64,000 bases of DNA from an uncultured bacterium (GTDB lineage: Bacteria; Patescibacteriota; Minisyncoccia; UBA6257; 2-01-FULL-56-20), in NCBI GenBank assembly GCA_963705915.1, contig OY970126.1, positions 623,893-687,892 on the forward strand, in the 5' to 3' direction. Under the pieces are notes generated by a model. That model was not told where the DNA came from. It did no database searches and was given only the letters and a program-made list of their open reading frames with translations. The position numbers were made by a program, and so were the translations under genes. Below, piece by piece: positions 48,307-58,156 of this stretch; the first letter of the stretch is position 1, and each line of letters opens with the position of its first letter.

Positions 48307-48396
48307 ATCATAAAAAGAAAAGGCCGACCTGGGGGTCAGCCTTTGAGATTTTGCACATTACCTACCGAGAACCCGGGACATGATGGTTGCTGCGGG

Positions 48397-48615
48397 TCAG
48401 TTTTCTGATGCAAGTTGGCTGCGCTGTTTACGGAATCGTTTCCAAAGGATTACGACTACGATAAAGAAAGCGCCTATCCAACCCACGATCTTATTGTCCG
48501 GGACGAAGAACAACCTCGTGGCGATCAATAAGAGGAGCGTGATGGAACAGAGTACAAGCCCCCATTTAACAGAGAACATTTTCCACCATCCTGATTTTGT
48601 TTTAGACTCAGTCAA
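48397..48615 (-). CDS. small two-TM membrane protein
   Basis: GGAGGT SD before a TTG start; two hydrophobic helices; terminator at 48317-48345. Confidence 0.6.
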   Translation of the reverse strand: MTESKTKSGWWKMFSVKWGLVLCSITLLLLIATRLFFVPDNKIVGWIGAFFIVVVILWKRFRKQRSQLASEN

Positions 48616-48637
48616 GACCACCTCCGTTGTAGCTACC

Positions 48638-49426
48638 TCAGTTGCCGTAATCGCCGGACAGAATCATAGTGCCGCCGACAATGCCGCATACCCCGCCGAC
48701 AATTTCCAATCCGGGCACCATTGCGAAGATCATGCCCATAAGAAGGAGGCCGTCGGCAACTTTCGTGTAGGTGTCGACATCGCGGTAGACGAAGCGCAGG
48801 CGGCCAGTCGATGCGATTCTCATCAACGCGCCCGACGTATTATTGTTGTACTGATACGCCGCGTACTTCGCCTTGTTATTCGGAGCATTTGGCCCCTGCA
48901 GCTCTGCTTCGTTTGCGAGTTGCTGGATATAGGCGACCATCTGAAGGATGGTACCCTTAACGCCATATTGCTGGATGAACGCGACAGCTTGCTGCCTGTT
49001 CGCCGCGCCCATACCGGGAAGCATTGTCCCGTTGAGGTAACTTGTCGGGATTACACTTCCGAAGCTTAGTGCTTGTTCGTTTTCCGCCGTAGCGTCGTCA
49101 GCGTTTTGTATTTGGGACACGTGACTGTTGAAATACGTTTGGGCTTGAGTGAGGACCGAGGCGTTGGCCGGGTCATTAACCCAAGCTTGGAGTTCGTTCG
49201 CGGCAACGGTAAGTTCCGCCTTTGTTGGGGCTTGGCCGTTGTAGGCTGGATTGCCGACGCTGACGTGCGCGAGCATAGTGGGTTGATAGTATATGCCGCC
49301 GCCAGGGCCGTTACACGTCGGTGGACAACCGTCTTTTCCCTCCTCCGCCAGTGCGATATTGGCGTTAAACGTCACAAAGAGGATTGACCACACACAAACT
49401 ACAGGCAATACCTTTTTGAACATCAT
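48638..49426 (-). CDS. secreted protein with C-terminal glycine-rich hydrophobic hairpin
   Basis: Signal peptide ending ALA; GLLLMGMIFAMVPGLEIVGGVCGIVGGTMILSG tail. Confidence 0.7.
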   Translation of the reverse strand: MMFKKVLPVVCVWSILFVTFNANIALAEEGKDGCPPTCNGPGGGIYYQPTMLAHVSVGNPAYNGQAPTKAELTVAANELQAWVNDPANASVLTQAQTYFNSHVSQIQNADDATAENEQALSFGSVIPTSYLNGTMLPGMGAANRQQAVAFIQQYGVKGTILQMVAYIQQLANEAELQGPNAPNNKAKYAAYQYNNNTSGALMRIASTGRLRFVYRDVDTYTKVADGLLLMGMIFAMVPGLEIVGGVCGIVGGTMILSGDYGN

Positions 49427-49528
49427 TGGTGTCTCCGTTTCTGCTTCGATATTACGAAGCCGTACGTATTAAATTGGAGTACTCAAACTGGCCTTCTTAT
49501 ACCAAGCCCCGTCCGTAAAGTCAATGAG

Positions 49529-51718
49529 CTACTCAGTAGGGCTGCTCGAAGTCGTTATGCTCCCGGTGTTTTCGTTGGATTGGCTCGTTAGAATCCATGG
49601 GTTATTTGAAACCCAATTCTGTACGTCGGCTTCCCAGTCGCGGAATTGCGGGTCGTTGTTCGGATCGACCGGCGGCGCGCCCGCTGGGTCGTTTTTTACG
49701 ACGTAATAGAGCGTCGAATGGATTTGCCCATCGATAAGGTATTGCCCGGCGAGGATCGGCTTCGGTTCAGAAGGCGGATTCGGCGCGGTGAACGTTGTGT
49801 TCGGCACCATGGGTAGCGCTTGTGTCATGAACGCGCTCCACATCGGGACGGCGGCCAAAATGCTCGAGCCCTGCGCTATCATCGGCGTGTTGTCGTTGTT
49901 GCCCGCCCATACCCCGACGACGATCGAGGGCGTGTAGCCCATAGACCAGGCGTCCCGATAATCGTTTGACGTTCCTGTTTTGAGCGCCACGTCGTAACCC
50001 GGGAATACGGTGAGGTTCTGGCTCGCGCCGAAAAGCGGCGCGCGGGCGTTCGGATCGGAAAGGATATCGTTCACGAGTTCAACGGACTGCTCGTCGGCAA
50101 CGGTGCTTGTTTGGTCTTGATACGACTCAAGGACATCGCCATTGCTGTCGGTCACGGAAAGCACCATCGATTGCTGATGCTTCACGCCGTTGTCCGCGAG
50201 GACCGAGTAGGCCTCGGTGAGGTCGATGAGGTGCACGGCACCGCCCCCGAGTACGAGCGACAAGCCGTACTGACTTGGGTTGGTGAGCGTCGTTACGCCG
50301 AAATTGGTGATGTTTTGGATGGCGTTTTGTTCGCCGACGAGATAGAGCATCTGTACGGCGGGCACATTCACCGATTGTGCGAGCGCATCGCGCACCGTGA
50401 TTGGGCCGGTGAACGTACTTTCAAAATTTTGCGGGTGATAGCAGTTCGAATTTATCACATTAAAATTCGGAACCGCTGGACAGGCTGGGTTCGTGCTGAA
50501 TTCCGTCGGAACATTGTAGAGAATCGTATCCGGCGTATAGCCCATTTGGAAGCCCGTGAGATACACAAATGGCTTGAGCGATGATCCCGGTTGGCGCAAG
50601 CCCTGTGTTGCAACGTCGAAATTGCCATCGTTCGCGGTGTCGAAATAATTTACGGAGCCGACGAGCGCAAGGATTTGCCCCGTCGTCGGGTCTTGCGCGA
50701 CGAGCGCGCCGTTCGTCGAGTCATAGAGCTGTTTATCGCGTGCAACGCCGGCGGTAACGGCCGCTTCGGCAGCTTGCTGCATCGGCCAGTTGAGCGTCGT
50801 GATCACGCTCAGTCCGCCGCGATCAACCATATTCTCGCCGTATTTGTCGTCAAGATATTGTTCGACGGCCATCACGAAGTGTGGTGCTTTAATGCCGCCG
50901 CCGATACCGCTCGCGGATTCTGGCTGGAAGGTAATTTTATAATTCAAAGCATCGGTGAGTTGCTGTTGAGTGATTTCACCCGCAGAATACATTTTTTCGA
51001 GCGTGAATCTTTGGCGGGCAAAAAGCTCGTCAGTATTACTGCCCCACGGCGAATAATACGAAGGCGCCTGCGGCAATGACGCGAGGAGCGCTGCCTCTGC
51101 GAGATTGATTTGCGTAACCGGAATGCCGAAGTAGGCCTCACTCGCCGTTTCAACGCCCGAAATATTCGGGCCATAGGGAACCTCGTTTAGATATAGGCCA
51201 AGAATTTGATCTTTTGAATAATAATTATTAAGGCGTACTGCGAGTATGAATTCTTTGAGTTTGCGGGTGAGCGTCTGGTCGAGCGTGAGGAATGCCGTGC
51301 GGGCGAGCTGCTGCGTGATTGTCGAACCGCCTTCTACAAAACTGTGATGGATAATATCTTCGTAGAATGCGCGAAGGATTCCTTTCCAGTCGAACGCCGG
51401 TTCGTTATAAAAATTTTCATCTTCGAGTTCCACGGTGGCGTCTTTGAGCGATTGGGGGATTTGGTCGAATGGCACAACGGTGCGGGTTGGTCCGTTGCTG
51501 ATTTGATACAGCAATACCGTGCCGGTGCGATCATAGATTTTTGTTGATTGGCTGATTTGCTGGCTTGAGATTTGCTGGATCGAGGGAACCGTTGCGGCGA
51601 AGTAGAGCGTTACGAGAAGGAGGACGCCAATCAGGGCGCCGAGAACTATGCCCGCGATGGTGAATATGCGGCCCCACATGCCCCGCTTGGGCTTTTCAGA
51701 TGGATAGGTGAAAGGCAT
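49529..51718 (-). CDS. class A penicillin-binding protein (transglycosylase/transpeptidase)
   Basis: EDENFY, GGSTITQQL, RQPGSSLKP, QSVN, KTGT. Confidence 0.95.
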   Translation of the reverse strand: MPFTYPSEKPKRGMWGRIFTIAGIVLGALIGVLLLVTLYFAATVPSIQQISSQQISQSTKIYDRTGTVLLYQISNGPTRTVVPFDQIPQSLKDATVELEDENFYNEPAFDWKGILRAFYEDIIHHSFVEGGSTITQQLARTAFLTLDQTLTRKLKEFILAVRLNNYYSKDQILGLYLNEVPYGPNISGVETASEAYFGIPVTQINLAEAALLASLPQAPSYYSPWGSNTDELFARQRFTLEKMYSAGEITQQQLTDALNYKITFQPESASGIGGGIKAPHFVMAVEQYLDDKYGENMVDRGGLSVITTLNWPMQQAAEAAVTAGVARDKQLYDSTNGALVAQDPTTGQILALVGSVNYFDTANDGNFDVATQGLRQPGSSLKPFVYLTGFQMGYTPDTILYNVPTEFSTNPACPAVPNFNVINSNCYHPQNFESTFTGPITVRDALAQSVNVPAVQMLYLVGEQNAIQNITNFGVTTLTNPSQYGLSLVLGGGAVHLIDLTEAYSVLADNGVKHQQSMVLSVTDSNGDVLESYQDQTSTVADEQSVELVNDILSDPNARAPLFGASQNLTVFPGYDVALKTGTSNDYRDAWSMGYTPSIVVGVWAGNNDNTPMIAQGSSILAAVPMWSAFMTQALPMVPNTTFTAPNPPSEPKPILAGQYLIDGQIHSTLYYVVKNDPAGAPPVDPNNDPQFRDWEADVQNWVSNNPWILTSQSNENTGSITTSSSPTE

Positions 51719-51769
51719 ACGTGCCAAACATCATTTTACAATACTACGAAGGGTCTGGCGAAAAAGATT

Positions 51770-51803
51770 AAAAAAACTCCGCAGATGATGTGCGGAGTTT
51801 TTT
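51770..51803. terminator. intrinsic terminator
   Basis: AAAAAACTCCGCA...TGCGGAGTTTTTT. Confidence 0.75.
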
Positions 51804-51819
51804 GAGGAAACGAGCGTCG

Positions 51820-52008
51820 CTATTCTTCGAGCGCCGGTTCGTCGTCATCGTCACCGGCATCGCTCGCACCTGCGGAACCGCCGTCAACCTCGAGGTCATC
51901 ATCGTCATCTTCCTCGATGGTGTCGGGGTTATCAATACCCGCGTCCTCTTCGTCTTCGTCGCTCAAGCCACGAAAGGCGAGCGTGAGTTTGAATAATTCG
52001 GTTGTCAT
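51820..52008 (-). CDS. small highly acidic protein (62 aa)
   Basis: Own promoter TTGACA-16-TATACT at 52051-52078 and downstream terminator; D/E-rich. Confidence 0.6.
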   Translation of the reverse strand: MTTELFKLTLAFRGLSDEDEEDAGIDNPDTIEEDDDDDLEVDGGSAGASDAGDDDDEPALEE

Positions 52009-52074
52009 TATTACGAGTAAACCAACGACCTTTCAATAATTTTTAGAATCAGTATAGAGAAGTGAGCGAACGTG

Positions 52075-52560
52075 TCAATTGCCTGCAGATGTGGATAACC
52101 TATCGTTCGCCGCCATAATCGCGAGGGCAAGGGCGTCGCTTGCGTCGTCGATCACTTTCAAGTCCGGTTTTTTCAGGATGAAACGCACCATTTTGAGTAC
52201 GGCCTTTTTGTCAGCGCTGCCATAGCCTGTCACGCCGCTCTTTACCTCGTTCGGCGCATATTCGCGAATCCGGAGACCTTGTTCTTCTGCGGTAAGGAGA
52301 ATGACGCCCCGCGCCTGCGCAACGGCAAGCGCCGTTTTCTGGTTTTTTGCGAAGAATAACTTTTCAACCGCAATCACATCGGGCTTATGTTTGGCGATGA
52401 GCTTATCGAGCGACTGCTTGATTTCAAGGAGTGCGCCCGGTTCGTCGGTTCTCGTGATAGACATGATGCCCGCCTCAACAAAAATCGCCTCGTGCGCCTC
52501 TTGGAGGATGACGCCATAGCCAACCCGCCGGGTTCCGGGATCAATGCCGAGAGCGATCAT
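52075..52560 (-). CDS. ruvC: Holliday junction resolvase
   Basis: LGIDPG, AVEKLFF, QARGVI, DDASDALALA. Confidence 0.95.
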   Translation of the reverse strand: MIALGIDPGTRRVGYGVILQEAHEAIFVEAGIMSITRTDEPGALLEIKQSLDKLIAKHKPDVIAVEKLFFAKNQKTALAVAQARGVILLTAEEQGLRIREYAPNEVKSGVTGYGSADKKAVLKMVRFILKKPDLKVIDDASDALALAIMAANDRLSTSAGN

Positions 52561-52601
52561 GGATAATATACAAAACTTACCATTAAATATTTCTAAAAAT
52601 A

Positions 52602-53129
52602 TTAAAAGGTGGCATTCGTATGAACTTCCTGTACGTCATCATTGTCTTCAAGAGCTTCGAGAAGTCTTACAAGCTGATTTTTGTCCGCTTCTGGCAGATC
52701 CTGTGGAAATTTGGGATGCCACCCTGCGGAGGTTTTCTCGAAGGCCCATTGGACGCTGCCCGACTCGGCCCATTTGCCGTTGTGTTCTTTTAATATGGTT
52801 TTAATCTCTTGCACGGCGCGATTGCGATTGTCCGAAAGCGACTCGATCAAGATTGCAGAACCGCCGGGGCCGTACGCCTCGAAGAGCAGTTCGTCGAGAT
52901 TTTTACTGTCCGCCGCTTTTTTGATCGCGCGTTCGATATTTTCCGCAGGAACGCTCGCCTCTTTTGCTTTTGTGACGGCGGTCCGAAGCCGAGGATTAAA
53001 ATCGGGATTCGTTTCCGTCTTTGCAGCGGCGGAAATCGCGGCAAGAAGCTTCGAAAAAACCTTCGCGCGCTTCTGGTCTGTTATTTCTTTTTTATGTTTG
53101 ATTCCCGCCCAGTGGGAGTGTCCGGACAT
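52602..53129 (-). CDS. yebC: YebC/PmpR family protein (short form)
   Basis: MSGHSHWAGIKHKK, EAYGPGG, LEDNDDVQEV. Confidence 0.93.
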   Translation of the reverse strand: MSGHSHWAGIKHKKEITDQKRAKVFSKLLAAISAAAKTETNPDFNPRLRTAVTKAKEASVPAENIERAIKKAADSKNLDELLFEAYGPGGSAILIESLSDNRNRAVQEIKTILKEHNGKWAESGSVQWAFEKTSAGWHPKFPQDLPEADKNQLVRLLEALEDNDDVQEVHTNATF

Positions 53130-53158
53130 GCTCGCATTATACGTTTTTCAGCGATACA

Positions 53159-54844
53159 ATGAAAGCAATGCACGACTTGCGGCCGAATGAACTTCAGGAA
53201 CGATTAAAGCAGCTCCACCGGGATGGCGAAGAGCGCGCGGCCCAACGGCTTGCTGCGCAGCTCAGCTTGACCTATGCCGACCTTTCAAAGACGCCGCTTT
53301 CGCTCGATGCGGTTCGTGTGATCCCCGAAGAGGATGCCCGGAATGCAAAAGCGATTGCAATCGAAATCAAAGGCAACCGCCTTGCGGTTGGAGCGGTGAA
53401 TCCAGCGCTCGCTGCAACGAAGGCTCTCATAAACGGGCTGACGGCCAAAAAATACGATGTGAAAGTCGCCGTAATATCCCCGGCGAGCCTTGAATCGGCC
53501 TGGCACTTTTATCAATTTATAAAACCGGAAGCCGACGTGATCACGGGCACGGTGAAGATTGCAAAGGATCGCCTCGAAACCCTTCGGGAACGACTCACTT
53601 CGATCGACGCGGTTCGCAACGAGATCGTGAAGAGCGATGTCCAAAAGATTTCCCCCGTAACGCTCATCGAGATCATTCTTGCCGGCGCGATGGGCATGCG
53701 GGCATCGGATATCCACACCGAAGCCGAAGATAAAAAAGCCAAAATCCGTTTTCGTATCGACGGACTACTCCATGACATTTTTGACGATCTACCACTGGCA
53801 ACGTACACGGCGCTTGTCCAGCGAATAAAATTGCTCTCCGGCATGAAGCTCAACGTCCGTGACCTCGCGCAAGACGGACGGTTTACGATTTCTCTTGGAG
53901 AAAAAGAAATTGAAATGCGTGTGTCGGTTATTCCAGCAGAATTTGGCGAGACGATCGTGATGAGGATTCTCGATCCCTCGGCCACCATGGTCGGTCTCGG
54001 CGATTTGGGATTGCGCGCCGACAACCTCGTGCTTGTCAAAAAAGAACTCGCGCGGCCGAACGGCCTCATTTTAAACACCGGCCCGACGGGCTCCGGAAAG
54101 ACGACAACCCTCTATGCGTTTTTGCGCACCATAAACGATCCTGAAATAAAAGTTATCACGCTTGAGGACCCGATCGAATATCGGATTGAGGGAATTGAAC
54201 AGACGCAAGTCGATGAAGAATCCGGATATACATTTGCGAACGGTCTGCGTGCGATCGTGCGACAGGATCCCGACGTGATTCTCGTGGGCGAAGTCCGCGA
54301 TTTGGAAACCGCCGACATCGCGATGCAAGCGGCTTTGACTGGCCACCTCGTTTTTTCGACGCTCCACACGAACGACGCCGTGGGCGCCGTGCCCCGCCTC
54401 ATCAATTTGGGCGTGAAAGTTGAGAGCATCGGCCCGGCGTTATCGCTCGTGATCGCCCAACGGCTTGTTAGGGTTTTGTGCGCGGATTGTAAAAAGAAAA
54501 AAGCGCCCGATGCGACGCTCGCAGCAAAAATTAAAAATTTCTTAAGCCATTTGCCAGCCAAAGTGGACAAAACGCCGTATCAGGCGTATGAAATGTATGA
54601 GGCCGTCGGGTGTCCAAAGTGCAACGGCATTGGCTACCGCGGTCGCATCGGCATATTTGAATTTTTGGAAGGCGGCCCGGACCTCGAAAAGACGATTTTG
54701 AAGGAGGCCTCCGAAGTCGCCTTGCGCGAAGTGGCTCAAAAGCAGGAGATGGTCACCATGCAACAGGACGGGATCTTAAAAGTTCTACAGGGCCAGACGA
54801 CGCTCAGCGAAGTGGAGAGCGTGACAGGGGAGGTGGAGTGGTAG
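53159..54844 (+). CDS. GspE/PilB family type IV pilus assembly ATPase
   Basis: ASDIH, RFRIDG, GPTGSGKTTTLY, LEDPIEY, RQDPD, STLHTN, Cys4 motif. Confidence 0.94.
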   Translation: MKAMHDLRPNELQERLKQLHRDGEERAAQRLAAQLSLTYADLSKTPLSLDAVRVIPEEDARNAKAIAIEIKGNRLAVGAVNPALAATKALINGLTAKKYDVKVAVISPASLESAWHFYQFIKPEADVITGTVKIAKDRLETLRERLTSIDAVRNEIVKSDVQKISPVTLIEIILAGAMGMRASDIHTEAEDKKAKIRFRIDGLLHDIFDDLPLATYTALVQRIKLLSGMKLNVRDLAQDGRFTISLGEKEIEMRVSVIPAEFGETIVMRILDPSATMVGLGDLGLRADNLVLVKKELARPNGLILNTGPTGSGKTTTLYAFLRTINDPEIKVITLEDPIEYRIEGIEQTQVDEESGYTFANGLRAIVRQDPDVILVGEVRDLETADIAMQAALTGHLVFSTLHTNDAVGAVPRLINLGVKVESIGPALSLVIAQRLVRVLCADCKKKKAPDATLAAKIKNFLSHLPAKVDKTPYQAYEMYEAVGCPKCNGIGYRGRIGIFEFLEGGPDLEKTILKEASEVALREVAQKQEMVTMQQDGILKVLQGQTTLSEVESVTGEVEW

Positions 54845-54846
54845 TG

Positions 54847-55008
54847 GATTTAAACCTGGGGGCAATTCCTCGTGAAAGGATAAAAAACCCTTCTATCGAA
54901 AGATAAAAGGGACTAGAATTACTCAAAGGATAGAACCAGCCGGAACCGGTTCGTCCTGAAAGATTTAGAAATAATTCCCGCCCCCAGATTTAAATCAGCT
55001 ACTTTCTA
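54847..55008 (-). ncRNA. candidate structured small RNA with its own promoter
   Basis: Minus strand TTGACA-17-TATCAT at 55015-55043; 17-bp terminal inverted repeat; internal helices whose mismatches read as G.U on the minus strand. Confidence 0.5.
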
Positions 55009-55054
55009 AAGGAAATGATAGCATACATTATTTATCTTGTCAAGTAGACAAAAA

Positions 55055-56056
55055 ATGAAGAAATCAGCAGAACATTCGAACCCCGACGACCGCGCTATAG
55101 ACCTCACATTAAGGCCGGCCGAGTGGGATGACTACATCGGCCAGGAAAAGATTAAAAATAACCTAAAAGTCATCCTTGAGGCAGCTAAAAAACGGAAAGA
55201 AGCTGCCGATCATCTTTTGTTTTCCGGTCCTGCAGGGCTTGGCAAAACGACGCTCGCGTATTTGGTTGCGCATGAACTTGGCGGGATGATTCGCACAACG
55301 TCCGGTCCGGCCCTCGAGAAAACCGGTGACCTCGCCGCGATCCTCACCAACCTCAGCCCAGGAGAAATTCTTTTTATCGACGAAGCGCATCGAGTGAACC
55401 CGATGATCGAAGAAGTGTTATATCCTGCGATGGAATCTCGGAAGTTGCACTTGGTGGTCGGCAAAGGGCCATCGGCACGGACGCTCACGCTCGACTTGCC
55501 GCCGTTCACGCTCATCGCCGCAACGACCCGGGAAAATTTGCTTTCGACGCCGCTCCGTTCGCGGTTCGGCGCGACACTGCGCCTCAATTATTACGACGTC
55601 GATGACATCAAAAAAATTGTGGAACGTTCGGCGAAGATTTTGAATGTCCACGCCTCCCCGGAAGCGATTGAAATTTTGGCGCGTGCTTCACGCGGAACGC
55701 CTCGCGTTGCAAACCGGTTGCTCCGCCGCGCCCGCGATTTTGCCGAAGTGCACGGCGCGAGCATCATCGATGAAGAAGCTGCGCGAAAGACACTTGAGAT
55801 GCTTGAAGTCGACGAAGCTGGCCTTGAACCGCAGGATCGGCGGCTTCTTTTGACGATCGTCGAAAAGTTCCACGGCGGCCCGGTCGGCATCAAGACGCTG
55901 GCCGCTGCATTATCCGAAGATCAAGGCGTGATAGAAGATATCTACGAACCATTCCTCATGACGCTCGGCTTTCTCCAGCGCTCCTCTGCCGGCAGGATCG
56001 TCCTCCCTGCCGCCTACAAGCATTTGAAGATCAAAGACGACGGCGAGCTTTTATAA
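55055..56056 (+). CDS. ruvB: Holliday junction branch migration helicase
   Basis: LRP, GPAGLGKTTLA, FIDEAHR, RGTPRVANRLLRR, GGPVG. Confidence 0.97.
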   Translation: MKKSAEHSNPDDRAIDLTLRPAEWDDYIGQEKIKNNLKVILEAAKKRKEAADHLLFSGPAGLGKTTLAYLVAHELGGMIRTTSGPALEKTGDLAAILTNLSPGEILFIDEAHRVNPMIEEVLYPAMESRKLHLVVGKGPSARTLTLDLPPFTLIAATTRENLLSTPLRSRFGATLRLNYYDVDDIKKIVERSAKILNVHASPEAIEILARASRGTPRVANRLLRRARDFAEVHGASIIDEEAARKTLEMLEVDEAGLEPQDRRLLLTIVEKFHGGPVGIKTLAAALSEDQGVIEDIYEPFLMTLGFLQRSSAGRIVLPAAYKHLKIKDDGELL

Positions 56057-56083
56057 AAATTTAATGTGCGATGAGTAAAATCA

Positions 56084-56671
56084 TTGTTAAAAACAGTGAT
56101 CTATATAAACGAATGGTTTCCGAATCCGGTCGGGAGTGACGCGAGCGGCGAGTTCGTGGAACTATTTAACGCAGGAAATGCGCGCATAAATTTAGATGGC
56201 TGGTCGCTATGGACAGGCGGCAAAAGTAAGAAAGCGTCGCTCGACCACGAGGCGATTTCTGCGCGTGGCTATCTCGTCCTCAAAAAACCGCAGGTAAAAA
56301 TCTCTTTGAAAAACGCGAGCGGTGGATTATGGTTATATGGCCCAGCGGGCGCGCTCATCGATCACGCGGCGTTTGCGGGAGATGCGCCCGAAGGTAAAAG
56401 TTTTTCGCGCGTCGATTATAGTGCGGCGAACATCCAACATTTTGCATTTGTGGATCCCACGCCCGGCGCGCCGAATGAAACTATTAACAACGAGGTGAGC
56501 GTGCGAGCTTATCCGCAGGGCGTCCCGATCAATGTCCAGGTGAGCAGGGCGTCGCTCTTTGGCTTGATCCTCGGCGTTGCAGTTGTCATGCTTGCCGCAT
56601 GGGCCATCATTATTTATAAAAATGAAAACCTATCGAAGTTTATCTTCAAAAGAAACTCAGGCGCTCGGTAA
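56084..56671 (+). CDS. lamin tail domain protein with C-terminal TM
   Basis: INEWFPNPVGSD...EFVELFN...PTPGAPN. Confidence 0.85.
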   Translation: MLKTVIYINEWFPNPVGSDASGEFVELFNAGNARINLDGWSLWTGGKSKKASLDHEAISARGYLVLKKPQVKISLKNASGGLWLYGPAGALIDHAAFAGDAPEGKSFSRVDYSAANIQHFAFVDPTPGAPNETINNEVSVRAYPQGVPINVQVSRASLFGLILGVAVVMLAAWAIIIYKNENLSKFIFKRNSGAR

Positions 56672-57185
56672 AAAAACTGCGAAGGATATGCTTCGCAGCG
56701 AGAAAAACAATCTCCGGAAAAAAAGTTCTCCAAAAAACGAACATGGCGCGGGCGCTGCGACATTCGCCCTCCAGGGAGATCTCGGCGCGGGGAAAACAAC
56801 CTTCGTTCAGGGATTTCTCGGCGGGCTGGGCCTCAAGAAGCACGCACAAAGCCCGACGTTTATTATCATGCGCCGACATGCGCTTGGAGACCGCGGGCGC
56901 CGCGGGTTCAAGCAGCGCACGGGACTGGCCCAAAGCGAGCTTAAAAATGTATTCCACGTTGACGCCTATCGATTGAGCAGCGCAAAGCATATGGAAATGT
57001 TGGATTTCAAAAATATCATGAGCGATCCGGAGAATGTTATTCTTATCGAATGGCCAGAACGGATCCGGAACATTTTGCCGAAAGATATTCAATGGATTAC
57101 ATTTCGCCATGGCAAAAAACCGAATGAGCGAACCATCGTTTTCCGGTCCGCGCCGCGCTCGTCACTAAGAAAGATTAAAAAATAA
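56622..57185 (+). CDS. tsaE: t6A biosynthesis ATPase
   Basis: LQGDLGAGKTTF, SPTF, HVDAYRL, IEWPE. Confidence 0.93.
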   Translation: MKTYRSLSSKETQALGKKTAKDMLRSEKNNLRKKSSPKNEHGAGAATFALQGDLGAGKTTFVQGFLGGLGLKKHAQSPTFIIMRRHALGDRGRRGFKQRTGLAQSELKNVFHVDAYRLSSAKHMEMLDFKNIMSDPENVILIEWPERIRNILPKDIQWITFRHGKKPNERTIVFRSAPRSSLRKIKK

Positions 57186-58135
57186 TGAAGCATCTGCTCC
57201 TCATCGACGCCAATTCATTAATTCATCGTTCGTTTCACGCACTACCCCCCTTCACAACGCCGGAAGGCAAACCCTCAGGCGCGATTTACGGCATCGCGAG
57301 CATCTTGATAAAACTGTGGCGGGAAGAGAAACCGGATTACGTCGCCTCACTCTACGATCGGCCCGAGCCCACATTCCGCGACAAGAAATACAAAGAGTAC
57401 AAAGCTCAGCGCCCGCCGGCCGCGGACGATCTCATTGCACAGATCATCGAAGCGCACAATCTTTTTCACTCGTTCGGGATAAAAACGTTCGAGAAGCCGG
57501 GATACGAGGCCGACGATCTCATCGCCACGTTTTCGGAAAAATTTAAAGGAGCAGAAAATCTTCAAGTTGTTATATTGACTGGCGACCGCGACACATTGCA
57601 ACTCGTGGAAGACGATCGCGTCGTGATAAAAACGTTCAACAAAGGCGTGAGCGATACCACGATCTATAACGAGCAAGCAGTGGAAGCAAAATATGGACTC
57701 AAACCTTCACAACTCATTGATTACAAAGCGCTCGTCGGCGATCCGTCGGACAACATCAAAGGGGTTCCCGGCGTCGGTCCCAAGACGGCAACCGATCTCA
57801 TTAAAAAATTTGGCACCGTAAAAAATATGTTCGCGAGACTGCACGAAGATCCGAAGCTTGAGGCAAAATACGGCGGATTCAAAAAAGAGGCCGAGCTTTC
57901 GGAAGAGCTTGTGACGCTCGAACGACACGTTCCGATCGAAATGCCAATGCTCGATGACCTCGCGCCAGGCGAAGCCTCGGATGCGATAACGAGCTATTTC
58001 CAATCGATGGGATTCGTGACGCTCCTTAAGCGATTCTTGACGAACGGCGACGCAGAGCAGGGTGCAGAGACTGCGAAGTCCAAGAAAACACCCAAAAATC
58101 CAAAGCCAAAACCCCCGCAAAACCCGCTTTTTTAG
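57185..58135 (+). CDS. stand-alone 5'-3' exonuclease (PolA N-terminal-like)
   Basis: LIDANSLIHRSFHA, YKAQR, EADDLI, GDRD, GDPSDNIKGVPGVG. Confidence 0.93.
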   Translation: MKHLLLIDANSLIHRSFHALPPFTTPEGKPSGAIYGIASILIKLWREEKPDYVASLYDRPEPTFRDKKYKEYKAQRPPAADDLIAQIIEAHNLFHSFGIKTFEKPGYEADDLIATFSEKFKGAENLQVVILTGDRDTLQLVEDDRVVIKTFNKGVSDTTIYNEQAVEAKYGLKPSQLIDYKALVGDPSDNIKGVPGVGPKTATDLIKKFGTVKNMFARLHEDPKLEAKYGGFKKEAELSEELVTLERHVPIEMPMLDDLAPGEASDAITSYFQSMGFVTLLKRFLTNGDAEQGAETAKSKKTPKNPKPKPPQNPLF

Positions 58136-58156
58136 TGCTATTATTAAGGAAAGGGC

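Noticed and set aside
48380-49069. Plus-strand 229-aa ORF
   Set aside because: It is antisense to two minus-strand genes that have SD sequences, a signal peptide and TM patterns.
54920-54960. SRP (4.5S) RNA
   Set aside because: It lacks the conserved CAGG...GGAA...AGCAG domain IV motif on either strand.
57185-58135. Frameshifted polA pseudogene
   Set aside because: The gene ends cleanly with a Lys/Pro tail and is followed by an unrelated kinase; a stand-alone exonuclease is a normal arrangement.
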